A stretch of DNA of 64,000 nt from contig BCGN01000005.1 in the NCBI GenBank assembly GCA_001599295.1, forward strand, positions 434,001 through 498,000, given 5' to 3'. The position numbers and the translations under genes are program-made. Below, one piece after another: positions 10,001 through 23,748 of the stretch. A model generated the notes under the pieces. It was not told the origin of the DNA. It saw only the letters and a program-made list of their open reading frames with translations, and made no database searches. The DNA comes from Sporopachydermia quercuum. Taxonomy: Eukaryota. Position 1 is the stretch's first letter; every line of letters begins with the position of its first letter.

Positions 10001-12395
10001 GTTTGGCTGTTGGAAACTGACAAAAAACCAGAACCAGGACAAATCTTTCGAGCGACTTCAAGATTTATTCCAATTCGACTGATTTACCATGTCATAAGGA
10101 TGTAATGACAAGANAACAGCCGATAGTCAATAGGATAACGCAAGAAAGAAGAGGCGATAGTTGGCTTCTTATCAATTGCTAACCAAAAAGAACGTGAAAA
10201 TTGGCCTTCCAATGATCTGGACAGTGTTATGAATAGTTGCATAGTTAAAGGACAAAGTAGTGGCAAGGAACAGTAAGTGGATCATCCGGACAAATATGTA
10301 TGGGGAATGTCCGATGAGCTCCGGATATATATATATATAAGGAATCTCATGAACAATTGATACAATTGTTGGAAAAGACGCAAGAAGGTGGTGACAATAG
10401 TAAAAATATAGGAAATAACTATAAGAGCAGTAACAGCTTTATCAGCCATAAAATCACAGTATTCCCGAAGGTAAAGGTACTCAGATCTTAGGGATAGACG
10501 GTGAGCAGTGTATCATGTGATCATTAAATCACGTGCCCAAATTCTCCCAATTTTCATGTGATTAGATCTGATCAGAAGTGAAAATTTGATATTACGATAA
10601 GAACAGAAAACAGCTTGATAGACCGTTGTTGGTAATTTGATAATTTGCAATAGATTATACTGCGGTAGCAACGAAGAACTTTAAAACTAANATTACAGAA
10701 AGTTAAAACGGTTTACGAGAACATGGAATGGAGAATTCACCTCTGAATCATACCGACGGAGTTTGACTCATATTCCCAAAAGGTACTGTAACGGGAAATA
10801 AGGAGAGAAGTAAAACATGTTGTTGGTATGAATGAAATATAGATGAAATATTAGATTAACCGTTTGTTTTGAATAGTCCTGATATAATGGAAGTTGTTCA
10901 ATGAGCAGTTTCTTAGGAAGAAACATGTACTCATTACAATTGAGTTGGTACCATTGGTCAGTTTCCAGGCAATGAATGGTTTTAACGCGAACTACTATAA
11001 ATAGTGGATGTGTGCTGCTGCTATCACAATAATTCTAGTAAACTTCGATCGATATTTGGATATTTTCATTCTCAATAGCTACGTCCCACAACTTGCAAGC
11101 CAGCCAGCTTTTTAATTTACTAATTCGTCTTCTCCTATAACCTTGGTGTTTAGCATCTATCCAATTAAAGGGATGCATGGATCGAANGTATCTTGTAGGT
11201 ATATATGTATATCTGTCTGCTCACCACAAATTCAATCAATATCAGCTCAAAATCACTCCTAATTACTCCTTCCAATTCCNTTTCACACTTCTTTATGTCT
11301 TTAGCACCACACCGATCGCCTCTAACTTCTCTATTCACTTGCTAAACAACCCAAATATTGGTGCCGGGGTCCGAAAAACTGGTTGAGAGAGCTGGGAAAC
11401 AAAGTTAACTGATTGATCAATTAGATAAACCTTAATACTCTATTTGTTAAAAGATGAGTTCTGCATGCCCCTGCATGCTGGGCAAATCTCGGAGACTGGC
11501 CGAAACTATCGAATTTACTGAACTTCAAGAATAAAAAGAACAAAATCTATCATAATAAAATAGAAGGCAATAGCAAAAAAAACTGTTTAGTGATGCTGAG
11601 TATTCATTCACTTAGTAATTATTAGATATATTACACAGCACCCAACAAATAGCCCAGTTTCTCTGCTGCCAAAAAAATCGCTGATGAACCCACTGGAACT
11701 AAACAATATTTAGAGTCAATACCAAGAGAAAGTTTAATATTTCTACCACCACTAGAAAGCCTGTAGATTCTACCAGTCATCTTCTAGGTTATATTGATAG
11801 AAAATATATCAATTATTCCCTGATTTTCCAAAATGAATTAGATTCAAGACCTGAAACTCTGGGTTAGATACAATAAAACGGTTCTCAACTTGGTAATTCT
11901 TCATAAAGCAAACAGTAAAATGGTAGGAGATTTCGAAGTCTAAAGGGATAACCTACCTAATTTAGAACCGAGTATAACTTTGTTATTACAGCAAATAATC
12001 TATAGAACTAACAACTTAAGTAAGTACTTCAGACTGGTTGGAGGAAAAAGGTGAATTTCAATTTGTATTATGTCTAGTTTCCTTTTTCAACTATCATAAA
12101 TGCGTAAATCACGTTCAATCTTATCAATCTTATTAGTTATTTCAGATATTCACAAAATCACTATAAATTGGATGATTCACATGCTCTTCGATGCAAAACT
12201 AGCTCAGAACTAAAATTATGATCATGCAGTTCTTACGCATAATCACTTGGATCTCCGACAAAGTTTATTTTACCCCCTAATTCTAATCACTTTTCAATCA
12301 TTTCTCTTCTTCGTTAAGGAGCATATACAAGAATTTTTTTTCTCTTACTAATCTCTATCCATTTATATAACTAAAAGTGTATCTACTTTTCAATT

Positions 12396-12421
12396 TCTGC
12401 TAGTATCTGCTAGTATCTGCT
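12396..12421. repeat. Short tandem repeat (TCTGCTAGTA)x2.6
   Basis: Read directly, about 80 bp upstream of the PSG1-like ATG. Confidence 0.8.
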
Positions 12422-12503
12422 GTAGAATTATGTAACAGAAGGGATCTTGGAATGCTCAATCACAATAGAAGTAGCATTGTAAAACCCTGTAAATATATCC
12501 ATA

Positions 12504-13619
12504 ATGGTTAAAATCAATAGTATTTCGCTACTAGCATTGCTAGCGCCTAGCGTTCTAGGAGCAGCAGTACCAGAAGCATCACCAGCACCAACCGCAGCCC
12601 CAGCTTTAGTTAAGAGACAACAAGTTGTTTTGGACCAATCAGCTTGGTGGTCTACTGTTAGTGGAGGTAATTCAGAAAAAGTGACACCTACCGTTATCGA
12701 TGGTGTTACCATTTCTGCTTCGCCTGTCGAAGGCTCAACTCCTACTCCATGGGTTTCATTAGATGGATCTGGTATTCCATACGCAGTTACTCCAACAGTT
12801 TCTGCTGGAACCACCATCAGTGCATCACCTACACCTGACAGTGATGATTATCCCGAACCAAACGCTGTTCCCCCAGTTTTGAGATGTTTCGGCGATAGAG
12901 TTCCTAGTGAAGATTCCTCTACTCCAGGTTATCCTTTCTGCACAGCGTTAAATGGTACCGAATGGGTTCCTGGCCAAACATACTGGATCACCTGGGATCC
13001 TACTTACTGGGGAGGAAACATCACAAGGGTTAAGCTCTCCGGTAGATCTTTACCTATCTCGGATANCGTTGGAACAATTTTCGAAACTGATTGGATCAAC
13101 AACGCTGATGGTTATTACCCATTATATGTCAAAGATTCATACAGAATCTCTAATAATTTAGGTTATTTCTTCCTTAACATGGCTCCATTGGTCTCGCAAG
13201 ATACTACTGCCACCCATGTTGGTNCAGTCAGTGGACCCATTGTCAGATTTTTGACAACTGATTACAATAATGATGCTATCACCAGTATTCAAAGATTACC
13301 TTCCGATAATACTGGCACCGCTTCATCATCTTCTAAGAGCTCTAANGGAATTTCCACCGGTGGCCTGGTTGCTGCTATTGTTGTTCCTATCGTCGTTGTT
13401 ATCTTCATTGGTTTTGCTGTCTACATTTGGTTCTACAAGAGGAGACAAGTCAAGGGTTACGGTGAAGGACATAAGGATAAGAGAATTAAAAGTGTTAACC
13501 CTGCCGCTGGATCTGGTCATGATGATGTTGCATCTACATTTACAGCTGGAACAGAGTTCACAACTGTTACTCCAGCAGCCACTAACCCCAGCTCANTTGC
13601 TAGTAACCCATTCAGATAA
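12504..13619 (+). CDS. PSG1: Psg1/Ykl077w-like type I membrane protein of the secretory pathway
   Basis: Signal peptide, Kex2-type KR site (LVKR/QQ), VTPTVIDGVTISA.P....PWVSL..G.P, a Cys pair, YWITWDPTYW, one TM segment followed by KRR. Confidence 0.72.
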   Translation: MVKINSISLLALLAPSVLGAAVPEASPAPTAAPALVKRQQVVLDQSAWWSTVSGGNSEKVTPTVIDGVTISASPVEGSTPTPWVSLDGSGIPYAVTPTVSAGTTISASPTPDSDDYPEPNAVPPVLRCFGDRVPSEDSSTPGYPFCTALNGTEWVPGQTYWITWDPTYWGGNITRVKLSGRSLPISDXVGTIFETDWINNADGYYPLYVKDSYRISNNLGYFFLNMAPLVSQDTTATHVGXVSGPIVRFLTTDYNNDAITSIQRLPSDNTGTASSSSKSSXGISTGGLVAAIVVPIVVVIFIGFAVYIWFYKRRQVKGYGEGHKDKRIKSVNPAAGSGHDDVASTFTAGTEFTTVTPAATNPSSXASNPFR

Positions 13620-14238
13620 GTGTATCTATATTTTTCATTTTANTTGTCCTTGGTCACGGTTTTGTCCCTCTTTTCAGTCCCCAGTTTTAGGGTGACGGTT
13701 TGTACATTGGTTCTCCATAATTTGAATGACTTAAATATTTTAGTGTTGTGATGNTGTTACATCTTGATCAAGGAGTGCTAAGTTATTATGCCCAATATAC
13801 CATAATTTATTTAATATTGAATAATTTTTCTGTTGTAGGTGTTTGTTGTTCTGTTGAAAGTTGTTCTGTTTAAGGGGTTCAGTGATAGGACTATTGTTCA
13901 CTTTGATACAAGGTGATCACCCACTATTCACTCGTTTGAATNTTTATAAGTTAGATCATCCGTAATGTCCTACATAAACATTATCCTTACCTTGCCATAA
14001 CCACAATCACTATCTCTTTCGTGATAGCCAATTGAAACCTTTATCTATCTACCATATAATGAATAATAACAAGTACAGGAAGAACTTGTTATCGTTTATC
14101 TCTAATATTATCCATTGTCATCCATTCTCTCATCTTCCACATACTCACGTGCCATCTACTATCATTATTTTTCACTGTCCCATTTTCCCTTCTATCGCAC
14201 ATTTCTTCCTTGTGCCTGGTATTCGGCACCGTCAAGTA

Positions 14239-14580
14239 CCTCGGCTCAAATTAGCCCTAATCTTAATATCACCCTCCTTTGAACCCTCACATCGGTGAGT
14301 ATCGGTAAGGTGGGGATAATCGTCTTCTCCCCCCCCCATTTTGAGACACATCGCCAACTCTGTTAGCATAAAAGTGCAAAGAAATGAATAACAAAAACAA
14401 ACATTATGTATAGATATATAGCAATATATTTCGATAATGAATAGCTAACAATGGATGTTTATATATGTTGTCGCTGAAATTCTGTGCTATTTGTAGGTAT
14501 GTTTTGATTGGTATTCATGAATATGGCATCTCACCTCTGTGTGTAAAAAGTGAATAATCCGAAACCTGGGGAAACTGGGG
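14239..14580. promoter_or_regulatory. CCTCGG (FarA/Por1/Ctf1-type) site plus SYGGRG (Mig1/CreA-type) sites upstream of the acyl-CoA dehydrogenase
   Basis: CCTCGG at 14239-14244; GTGGGG at 14310; CTGGGG at 14566 and 14575. Confidence 0.4.
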
Positions 14581-15417
14581 AACAGGTGAGGATCTGAACC
14601 GATTCTTGTTAACTCGATAAACGGCAAGAACTCTTTATATGCAATTGTTCAATAATAAAAGAATACTATCAGGATAGATATAGTGAAGCTCAGCCATTGA
14701 AGCTCATTTTTTTGGTCCGTATCTAATTTGATCTGTTAGAAACAACAATTGGCGTAGGAATAAACTTTCCCAACTTCAGCTTATGCCGAAGAATGGAGAG
14801 ATGGAGAGATGGGAAATGGGATCAGCGGAGATGAATGGAATGAATCGATCTGTTTGTCGATTGAAAGATAGCGTGTTAATAATTGTAAAAAATAAATAAA
14901 TAAAATAATTACTATTACTATCAGAATATCATTATTTATTATCATAATTAATTGGATGTTAATCGTCGGTATTTAAACATTATTGGTGTAGAAGTAGAAG
15001 AGCATTCACTTCGTAAAGACATTCAGGCAAATACTAAACAACAGTTTTGGGCTAATGTCAATGTAAGGCTGTGAGTCTAGTGGATTGGGATTTTTATATA
15101 AAAAGGTGAGAATTTCCACTCCATGAATCTTCTACGTTTGAAGAGTTCTTTTTTGTTGATGAACTAATATTTGAGTTGTCGATTATTTGTTCGAATATTA
15201 TATTCTTCTTCCACTTGTTGCGGTCTCTGTTTTTAATTAATTAATATACAGTCAGNTTATTCATTCATCTCGNATCTTATCTTGTCTTACTTACATTCTT
15301 TGCACTGCGGATAGGTAGTACACTTGAAAGGATCTAGTTTGATTTACAGGTGAACAAAGGAAGATTGAAAAGAAAAATAACCAAGTATCAATAAAAAGAA
15401 AGAAACTGATAATCATA

Positions 15418-16692
15418 ATGTACTCAGCTATTTCTAAGAGATCATTGGCTAAATTGGCCCAAAGTCCAATTTGCAGAAATCTAGTTGCCAGAAATGCAGT
15501 TCGAAGTTTTTCATCAGCTCGAGTAACAAGATCTGAACATTTTCCACTGACGTTTTTGAGTGAAGAAGAGCAAATGTTCAAAGATACAGTAGCATCATTT
15601 GCGCAAGAGGTTATTGCACCTAAGGTTAGAGATATGGATGAAGCTGAAGATATGGATCCAGAAGTTATCAATCAATTATTCTCTATGGGACTTATGGCTA
15701 TTGAAACACCTGAAGAGTATGGTGGATCTGGCGCTTCATTTACTTCAGCTATCATTGCAATTGAAGAACTCGCCAAAGTTGATCCTAGTGTGTCAGTTCT
15801 CAATGATGTTCACAACACATTGGTCAACACATGTATTAGAAAATGGGGCTCTGACNCATTGAAGCAAAAATATCTCCCTCAATTATCAACAGATAAACTA
15901 GGATGTTTTTGTCTTTCCGAAGCATCATCTGGTTCTGATGCTTTTGCTTTGAAGACCAAGGCCAAAAAGGTTGATGGAGGTTACATTATCGATGGTTCCA
16001 AGATGTGGATTACAAATTCTAAAGAAGCTGATGTGTTCTTGGTTTTTGCCAACTTGGATCCTTCCAAGGGATATAAAGGTATCACATGTTTTGTTGCTGA
16101 AAGGGATTTTGGTGTCAAGATTGCAAAGAAAGAGAAGAAGCTTGGTATCAGAGCCTCTTCCACTTGTATTGTTAACTTTGACGAAATTTTCATTCCCGAA
16201 GAGAACGTTTTAGGTGAAGTTGGTAAAGGCTACAAAATTGCCATCGAATGTTTGAATGAAGGTAGAATTGGAATTGGTGCTCAGATGCTTGGTTTAGCTG
16301 AAGGTGCTTTTAACAGGGCTACTTCTTATATGTATAACGATAGAAAGCAGTTTGGCTCTTTGATTGGAGAGTTTCAAGGTATGCAATTCCAAGTTGCCGA
16401 AGTTGCAACCGAAATTGAAGCAGCTAGGCTATTAATTTACAATGCTGCGAGATTAAAGGAACAAGGTGTTCCTTTCGTTAAGGAAGCCGCTTTGGCTAAG
16501 CTGTACTCAGCCCAAGTTGCTGAAAAAGCTGCCTCAAAAGCCGTTGAATGGATGGGTGGTGTTGGCTTCACCAGAGAAGAAATCTTGGAGAAATTCTATA
16601 GAGACGCTAAGATTGGTTCTATTTATGAAGGTACCTCCAACATTCAAAAACAAACTATTGCTAAGATTATTCAAAAGGAAGTATCTAACTGA
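15418..16692 (+). CDS. Mitochondrial short/branched-chain acyl-CoA dehydrogenase (ACADSB-like)
   Basis: Arg/Ser-rich presequence; [55 protein letters not shown]...[20 protein letters not shown] with the catalytic Glu. Confidence 0.93.
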   Translation: MYSAISKRSLAKLAQSPICRNLVARNAVRSFSSARVTRSEHFPLTFLSEEEQMFKDTVASFAQEVIAPKVRDMDEAEDMDPEVINQLFSMGLMAIETPEEYGGSGASFTSAIIAIEELAKVDPSVSVLNDVHNTLVNTCIRKWGSDXLKQKYLPQLSTDKLGCFCLSEASSGSDAFALKTKAKKVDGGYIIDGSKMWITNSKEADVFLVFANLDPSKGYKGITCFVAERDFGVKIAKKEKKLGIRASSTCIVNFDEIFIPEENVLGEVGKGYKIAIECLNEGRIGIGAQMLGLAEGAFNRATSYMYNDRKQFGSLIGEFQGMQFQVAEVATEIEAARLLIYNAARLKEQGVPFVKEAALAKLYSAQVAEKAASKAVEWMGGVGFTREEILEKFYRDAKIGSIYEGTSNIQKQTIAKIIQKEVSN

Positions 16693-17094
16693 TGTCAATT
16701 GTATACATCTTCTTAATGATAATATTTCTTGCATTTATAAGCATATGGTCTGATATAACAGAAAGTAAGCTCTCATGAACAAGTATCGTCCAGTGTTATT
16801 TTCTTTATAATTTATCGTCTATCGTAACTACTATTGTAACTACTTTCATCCGTACTTTCCGCTTACTGCGAATGAATACCCAACCTTTCTACTATTAACA
16901 ATGCGTAGTAATCTACTATAATATATACCCCAAATCATCCCGCAGGAAATCTAAGTTGAACAATTGAAAACACGTGACCAGCTAAGGGTAATTCAATCAT
17001 CTCGATAGATCATCAGTTATCCTTCATTAATATGTACTATTTATTCATTCTCACTACCTCCTACTAACAGGACTTTTGATTCATTACTTGTGTA

Positions 17095-17421
17095 TTATTC
17101 GTTTGCATTCGCACTGACATTTGTATTTATAGTTTTCGTATCGCTGTATTTCTCCATGATTTCAACTAGAAAATCAAATTGTTCCGCTCCATCAACTGCT
17201 TCCTTCAAATGTTGAGGTGTTACTCGTCGTGATCCATGACCACGNGTCTTTTCGCATGCTTCTTCAACTAATGATGTCATAAACAACTCTAATGCCTTAG
17301 ATACAACTAGTGGAGTTGCCTGTGCTACTTTGCCTATATCATCATCCGTTTGCATCAGCTTCTTTATTCTTGCAGTGGGAAAATGCGTCTTAATGTACAA
17401 ATGTCTATCACTTATGGCCAT
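17095..17421 (-). CDS. BUR6: NC2 (negative cofactor 2) alpha subunit, histone fold
   Basis: [37 protein letters not shown]...HLKEAV...EQFDFL. Confidence 0.93.
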   Translation of the reverse strand: MAISDRHLYIKTHFPTARIKKLMQTDDDIGKVAQATPLVVSKALELFMTSLVEEACEKXRGHGSRRVTPQHLKEAVDGAEQFDFLVEIMEKYSDTKTINTNVSANANE

Positions 17422-17887
17422 TTTGATTGATTTGCAATTATTGGTTCATTTGTATGAATGGCAACAATCTGTAATTAGTCTAGTGATATTAATATATGGA
17501 TCGTCAGGCAGCTTGAATTTTGTATAGACTTTGATTCTAAATCTTNCCAAATAACCAATTTCTAAACCTCGCTTTTCTTAACAAAATTACATCAATAATG
17601 GTGTAGTAATCAAAGTATATCAAACTTCTCTGAATTCTTTCGTCCTTATACATACTAAATATTTACTGTGGGTAAGGATCAAATGATGAGGATTTAAAGT
17701 CTCTTTATAGTTTCCACTGCTGCAGGTTACTGAAATAAGGTTTGTAAACAATCGTTTCTTTCTTTTCTCAATGTTATCTTTTGCGCTGTTAGCTTTTTTT
17801 TTATAATACATTTCAGATGAATACATCACAAAAAGAGTTTTTGAGGATTGGTCAAAACTAATAGGACTCAAATGCTGCATGATTAGC

Positions 17888-17928
17888 GCATACATCTTGC
17901 ATACATCTTGCATACATCTTGCATACAT
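17888..17928. repeat. Tandem repeat (GCATACATCTT)x3.7
   Basis: Read directly, between the VPS10 3' end and the BUR6 start; it explains the repetitive ORF 17620-17928. Confidence 0.9.
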
Positions 17929-18250
17929 TTGACATTAGATATCAGACAAAATCAAGACAAAATGATTGACTGTCATGTATCACATTCTACTACAATTAAT
18001 AGAGAAATGCATATCGATGAGTAATTTCTATTCAATTAGAAACTTACTGNTTTCATTCTGTTTATCAGATTAACAGGTATCAAACATGGGAACTAATATG
18101 TAAAAATAACCGGTACCAAGTGGAGCTATCCGAGAATGGTAATACAAGACATATATGTGACTTATCTGCGACATGGCATGCCGTTGACCGCACTTCTCCT
18201 CTTTGAAGAGTCAACAATCAGATTCGAATTTATCATCTCTATATCGTCCG

Positions 18251-21200
18251 TTATATTGCAAACCTTCCTTCAGCATCCGAAACATGCAATGAACTAGTAT
18301 CACCACTATCAATATGACTATCATCCTCATCATCATCCTCATCATCGTCATCACTATCATGAATACTCAACAGTTCACCTTCCTCATCAAGTACTGAGGC
18401 CTCAGCTCCACTATTTGGCCTGAATCTCTGATAAAGATATCCATCAGCTCCTTGTCTACCAAACTTTGCTGATATGGCATTAAATNCGTTAACAAATACA
18501 CCACCAACAGCTCCTAAACCTGCAGATAACCATTTGAACCCGGAACCATTAGGCCTAGCAATACGAAATCTGCTATTTTCTTCCTCTCCCAAATGGATCT
18601 CGCCACGTCCAAGCAATTGAGACCATTGCACTTTACCAAACCGCTTTTCATACTCATTATAAGCAATAAATCCAATGACAGCAGCAAGCCCAATAGGCAA
18701 TGTAATCACAACATAAAGCCAAAAGCCTCTGAGACGTCCTTTTCTTTGATTGTATTCCTTTTCTTTACCAGGACAAGGCGATGATTCCCATTTGTCAAGA
18801 CGAAGACCTCCTTCACAAGTGCTAAGCCCAATCTTTCTGTATCCAGTAGGTAACCAATATTCAAAAGCATTTTTATTGCTACAAACAGCTAGAGGGTCAG
18901 CCGGGGAGAAATTTGGAATCAACTGGCACGTTCCATCGCTGGCCCGTTGGTAGTTATAATCGCATTCGTAGTCATTTCGGGTACATGGACAATCTCTTGT
19001 GATGCGTAGGCCTGTGGAATCAGAATCGGTGCCAACGTAACAGTCGGAAGAGGCTTTCTTTCGATAGTATTCTGTCTCGTGACCAAAAAGACAGTTACCA
19101 GCTTCCAAAGGATGTTTTGGCACAAATTTGTNGAAATCTTGTGGAAATCTGCACTTTGAGGATCTGGCGAGCAAATCAGCAAAATCAATGCGAATTGTGA
19201 CCGATTTGGCTCCTCTGCTTAAAGGTGTTTGTCCAATCAAGACAAATTGTCTTGAAGTATCTTGGGTAACGGTGATAATGTCCGACATCACAAGCAAGTC
19301 TTCAGAGAATTTATACGTTTGCCAAGTCTCGCCATAATCTAAAGAGTACTCGATCTCATTAGTACTGTCCTTATTGTTCATTAGCACGATAATTGACCCT
19401 TGATCTCCATATTCCCACATATATGCTCCCTTGCGTATTTCTTTCCATGACAAACCTCCATCAAGAGTGAGATAAGTGTTGCCATCCCCTTGCTCGCTTA
19501 ATGTTTCTCCTACGTTACCATTGGCAATCATCAACCCGACAGCTGATCCTGAAGAATATGTGTCACGGAAATCTATGCGTTTCGTTGGACCTTGAAGATT
19601 CAATGAGCATTTTTCTAGAGACGTGTCTTTGCACAAGTCTTTGTATGGTTTTCCATCGTGGTTCACGGCAGGAGGAGTCAAATAAGACCAACGGCTTCCG
19701 TCGTCAAAAGTGATTTTAGTTTTTAATGACTTTTTAGATCCTTGTCGCGCATCGCTAGGATTTGTCACCACGTTAACTAATGCAACACCTTCCATTCCGG
19801 TGACTCTTTCAAAGTCCACAAACCCGTTCATGTCGCGATTGACATTTTTCTGTGAAAGGACAAAAAATGTCCCATTGTAATTAGACTTTAGTATTGTACC
19901 AAACTCGCTTCCTTCCATAGATCCGGTTGTGACATGAAGAAATACGCTTGATGTATCGCCCGAAAGTATTGAATAAGCCTGTTGCTTATCAACGGTGAAA
20001 TTTGGAGGAAATTCTGCTGCGGCAAACTCCTTGCCATCTAAAGAAGCATACGCCAGCAGAGTTCCTGTAGGTTGAATTTCCGCTACAATTATGAAACTGT
20101 CAATAACAACAAAGCCTACAGTGGACGCAAACAAGGTCGTAATGGTATCAGGGTTGGTGAAATAGTCATTGGAAGAAACAATAGTATAACCTTCTCCAGG
20201 ACCTGCTAATCTCTCGCATAGAATCAACTTTTCATCTGGTCCTGACAAGGGTTGAAGCTTAGAGCCTGCCCAGTCACATTTCCTGACGCCCTGTAGCAGC
20301 TCGTTCCAGTTATTACCATAATCGTTGGTATAGTACATAACAACCTTGCATTCCGGATCCCAGATCGAATTACATCCGGATTCTCCTGCCCATAGAAGCC
20401 AGCCAGCTTGAGTCTTATGAAACGTCAATGGTGGAACAGAGAAACTGTTTGGTACTGTTGGAGTTCTGAAACTAGAGAAGGATCGGCCTCTATCACGAGA
20501 ATAAAACACTCTTTGGTGAGCTGTGATAAGGTACACTTCATCAGCAAAATATCTGTTGAGAATTATGGATAAAACTTCATTGTCCGTATCCTTCAAAGCT
20601 TCCGGTTCAGCAAAAGTAGCTGCTTGATCAAATGAAATGTATATCTTATTATCATTAGTTCTGACAATGAGCGTTTCATCTTCATCCACGTTATTCTTGT
20701 TAAGATAATAATACTCAGCAATATAAGAGGCAAACTCTGTTTCAACATTGGTTACTTTGTCCTTTGCAACCAGTTCCTTTTTCTTTTCTTTGATCCTGTA
20801 ATCAAGACAGCTTCCGAAGGTTGGAGTATCTAATTTCTTACCTTTCTCCGTTGAACAAGTATTACCGGGAATCAAACGATAAGCACTTTCAATTCTGTAG
20901 AAAGGATTTCCCTTGATAGCACAAGCTTTGGGTGCTTCCTTATAAAGATCAGCCAGCTCTTCATCTACAAGCCTACACCTTCCTTCTTCACCCTTAGAAT
21001 AGCCTTTAGTGCATTCATAGTCTTCGAACGAACAGCCACAGGCTTCCTTTTGAATAACAGGTTCATTGTATAGTGCTCCGACAAAACAGTCTGCGTTTCG
21101 NTCACGTCTGACGAGTTTTTGGCGATGACCCATGACACACAAGTGTTCGTTATGGCCTTCTTTGTCAGCTTGTTGCTCGTTTGTATCTCCACCAAAATAC

Positions 21201-23026
21201 CATGTCTCCATGTCTGAGGATGACTCACGAGTGTCACACCTCCGAGACAGGACATTGTTCAAATCCACGTAGTATGTCACGGCGTTAAGATCGTCGTTCT
21301 TAGAATCGATGTTTTTAGCTCCATGAACTAAAAATGACATTCCTGTGTTATCAAACAGTGTAACAATTTCAAACACCATTAATGGCTCTGGCAACTGTAT
21401 ATCGTTCCAGCTTAAACCATGATCTAACGAATACTTCAGCTTATCTATTGATAAATCATCGCNATCGGAAAAGTCTTGCAAGGTCGAGGGGAATTTCAAC
21501 TCAGCAGCAAGTATGACATTGCCTTGATCACCGAATTCATATAAGTAAGGACCATCCAGAGCTTTGTCCCATGACATTCCAGCATCTCGGGAGATGTAAG
21601 TACTGATTTTGTCCAATGATGAAGACAAATANTTTTCCTCAGTGCCCAATGCCATGACAATGCCGGCAGCATAGCCGGATACTTTACTCAAAATAGGTAA
21701 TTCGGCACTACTGTAAGTATTCAGAACACTGCTTTTCTTCTTCCCATCAGACTCGTTGTTCAATGTAAGGTTCTTCCAGGAAATACCGTAGTCAAATGAC
21801 ACCATACTCCGGATAGAAGTAGCGTACTCTCCATCACTTTTTTTCTCAATTTTCTCAACAGCGTTACCGAACATTGCACCTTCAATTCCTTTGCTGAGTC
21901 GCTGAACTCCTGGGCCCAGAAAACCTGCTATATCGATTCTTTCAGCTGTAAGCACGAAATCTGTGCCTGTTGAACCGCTGCTGTAAAGATCGCCGATTGA
22001 TATAAATTCGNTCTCATCGCTGGGTCTCCAAGCAACAACTTGCAGAGAAGAGGGATTCCCTTCAAAAATAAACGAGAAGAACTTAGATCGTAAAACAGGC
22101 TGGTTCTCTTTTGCTGGGAACTCAGCTCTGCGCCAGCTGAATCCATCGTTGGAAACATGTAATATAACTTCGTCATGATCCGCAGAACCATAAGATTCAC
22201 TCAAGACAACAGAAAAGGAGTTAACAATTGAAAGCTCAATGACTGAGTAGGTAGAAGAATCCAAAACATCTGACAAAGGGTATTCAGGTGCAGATTTAAA
22301 CCAGTCAGAGCTCACAATGACTTTATTTAGCTTCTTCCCATCAACGATTGATTGTTCAATACATAACACAGTTGTGTCTTGTTTAGTATTAAAATGACGG
22401 TTGGATTCAGCCAGTTGGCATGACAATATGTTGTCCGCATTTTTGAACCCCAACGATTTCACTGACTTAAAATTGTCTTCTGTGTAGGAATAAGTAGATT
22501 TACAATCACCATCATTAGGACAAAACAGTACCTGGACAAGAATCTGATCTGCAATGTCTGAATGAAATTGCAAAACAGGATAGCTTGTGCCATCCTTCTT
22601 TGGAGGCTTGCCTGCGCCCAAAGAGACTTTTGCCCATGACTTACCTTTGTTTGTGGTTTTGTATGCTTCTAAGCCGGTATCAGAAAGTAAATATCCTCGT
22701 TGGGGGTCGTGTGGATGAAGCTCAAGGTCATAAAATGAAGATTTGGTTATAGACTTGCCCTTATCATCGACGGGGCTTTCCCACGTTTGACCATAATCAA
22801 ACGAAATGAGCGCTTTGCCAGAAGTAGCTTCAATGGCAATAACATGTGCCGAATCTTCAAAAAATTTGATACTTTTAAGTGATTCATTTAGCTGTGTTTC
22901 TATGATCGATGGTTCTCCATTCGGTGTTACTATACCCTTGACTGACGAAAGCCATAAGCATAAAGCGATAGTCACCACCAGGAGATTGAACATTCGATTC
23001 CTAGATAGTATAAAAGAGGAAAACAT
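18251..23026 (-). CDS. VPS10: Vacuolar sorting receptor Vps10 (two VPS10/sortilin domains)
   Basis: Signal peptide; many Asp-box repeats (SxDxGxxW); two YxxEFGDQG/EYGDQG motifs and two Cys-rich 10CC modules; TM segment near the C-terminus; acidic tail. Alternative ATG at 22993. Confidence 0.95.
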   Translation of the reverse strand: MFSSFILSRNRMFNLLVVTIALCLWLSSVKGIVTPNGEPSIIETQLNESLKSIKFFEDSAHVIAIEATSGKALISFDYGQTWESPVDDKGKSITKSSFYDLELHPHDPQRGYLLSDTGLEAYKTTNKGKSWAKVSLGAGKPPKKDGTSYPVLQFHSDIADQILVQVLFCPNDGDCKSTYSYTEDNFKSVKSLGFKNADNILSCQLAESNRHFNTKQDTTVLCIEQSIVDGKKLNKVIVSSDWFKSAPEYPLSDVLDSSTYSVIELSIVNSFSVVLSESYGSADHDEVILHVSNDGFSWRRAEFPAKENQPVLRSKFFSFIFEGNPSSLQVVAWRPSDEXEFISIGDLYSSGSTGTDFVLTAERIDIAGFLGPGVQRLSKGIEGAMFGNAVEKIEKKSDGEYATSIRSMVSFDYGISWKNLTLNNESDGKKKSSVLNTYSSAELPILSKVSGYAAGIVMALGTEEXYLSSSLDKISTYISRDAGMSWDKALDGPYLYEFGDQGNVILAAELKFPSTLQDFSDXDDLSIDKLKYSLDHGLSWNDIQLPEPLMVFEIVTLFDNTGMSFLVHGAKNIDSKNDDLNAVTYYVDLNNVLSRRCDTRESSSDMETWYFGGDTNEQQADKEGHNEHLCVMGHRQKLVRRXRNADCFVGALYNEPVIQKEACGCSFEDYECTKGYSKGEEGRCRLVDEELADLYKEAPKACAIKGNPFYRIESAYRLIPGNTCSTEKGKKLDTPTFGSCLDYRIKEKKKELVAKDKVTNVETEFASYIAEYYYLNKNNVDEDETLIVRTNDNKIYISFDQAATFAEPEALKDTDNEVLSIILNRYFADEVYLITAHQRVFYSRDRGRSFSSFRTPTVPNSFSVPPLTFHKTQAGWLLWAGESGCNSIWDPECKVVMYYTNDYGNNWNELLQGVRKCDWAGSKLQPLSGPDEKLILCERLAGPGEGYTIVSSNDYFTNPDTITTLFASTVGFVVIDSFIIVAEIQPTGTLLAYASLDGKEFAAAEFPPNFTVDKQQAYSILSGDTSSVFLHVTTGSMEGSEFGTILKSNYNGTFFVLSQKNVNRDMNGFVDFERVTGMEGVALVNVVTNPSDARQGSKKSLKTKITFDDGSRWSYLTPPAVNHDGKPYKDLCKDTSLEKCSLNLQGPTKRIDFRDTYSSGSAVGLMIANGNVGETLSEQGDGNTYLTLDGGLSWKEIRKGAYMWEYGDQGSIIVLMNNKDSTNEIEYSLDYGETWQTYKFSEDLLVMSDIITVTQDTSRQFVLIGQTPLSRGAKSVTIRIDFADLLARSSKCRFPQDFXKFVPKHPLEAGNCLFGHETEYYRKKASSDCYVGTDSDSTGLRITRDCPCTRNDYECDYNYQRASDGTCQLIPNFSPADPLAVCSNKNAFEYWLPTGYRKIGLSTCEGGLRLDKWESSPCPGKEKEYNQRKGRLRGFWLYVVITLPIGLAAVIGFIAYNEYEKRFGKVQWSQLLGRGEIHLGEEENSRFRIARPNGSGFKWLSAGLGAVGGVFVNXFNAISAKFGRQGADGYLYQRFRPNSGAEASVLDEEGELLSIHDSDDDDEDDDEDDSHIDSGDTSSLHVSDAEGRFAI

Positions 23027-23638
23027 TTCAGAAGTAAATGTAGTCTTTTAAGAGAACAATTCAAGGAAACGAGTGAAGATTTATTTCCAGAGTATATTTC
23101 TTGTAAACAATACCGTGATTATGACGTGTGTGTATGTTAAAGATCGAGGTCAGTATTGATAGAATACTGACTGTAGATAGTGATGTGATACCAGTGTGAG
23201 TATCTTTCAAAGAGATATTTCTATTGTCATGCACTAAGTGAACATGTCGCAAGATGTCTAGCAATATTTATAAGTCTTTAACTGGTATTATTAGAAAAAA
23301 ACGGCCTTCTTTTATTGCTTTCTGTTAACCAGTTGTTATCGTGTGCAATGCTTGTTCACTCGGCCACTATTGTCAACGATGGGAAAACACAATCACAAGA
23401 ATTAGCCAGTGAGCGTGACAGTGGATNGTGGNATGAATATCTGGAGGTTGCGTTCAAATATTAAGGCAGTTGTTCTTATATACTATTATTCAATATCCTT
23501 TTATTATAACTATCCTAAATGAAATTATTGCTTTCCAAATGGCATGGACTTCGATAAGAACAAACGCATGCTATGTGTCAGAACCTGCAAAAATAGCTAT
23601 GAGATTGTATAAGAATGTCACGTGGTGAACGGGTAGTT

Positions 23639-23748
23639 GATGAGCATGACAATTAGGTATGACAGTAAGACAGAAATAAGACGATAAAAAGACAATTGAG
23701 CGGGTATTCAAGCATGGAGTATAAGTTTATATTTTGCAAAAAAATTTT
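23639..23748. promoter_or_regulatory. Ribi-type PAC core (GATGAG) and RRPE-like AAAAATTTT upstream of CGR1
   Basis: GATGAG at 23639-23644; AAAAATTTT at 23740-23748; fits a ribosome-biogenesis gene. Confidence 0.4.

Noticed and set aside
12375..12421. TAGTATCTG resembling the U2 snRNA branch-recognition region
   Set aside because: It is part of a 10-bp tandem repeat and flanking U2 sequence is absent.
17620..17928. 102-aa minus-strand ORF
   Set aside because: The N-terminus is the translated 11-bp repeat and the rest has no coding features.
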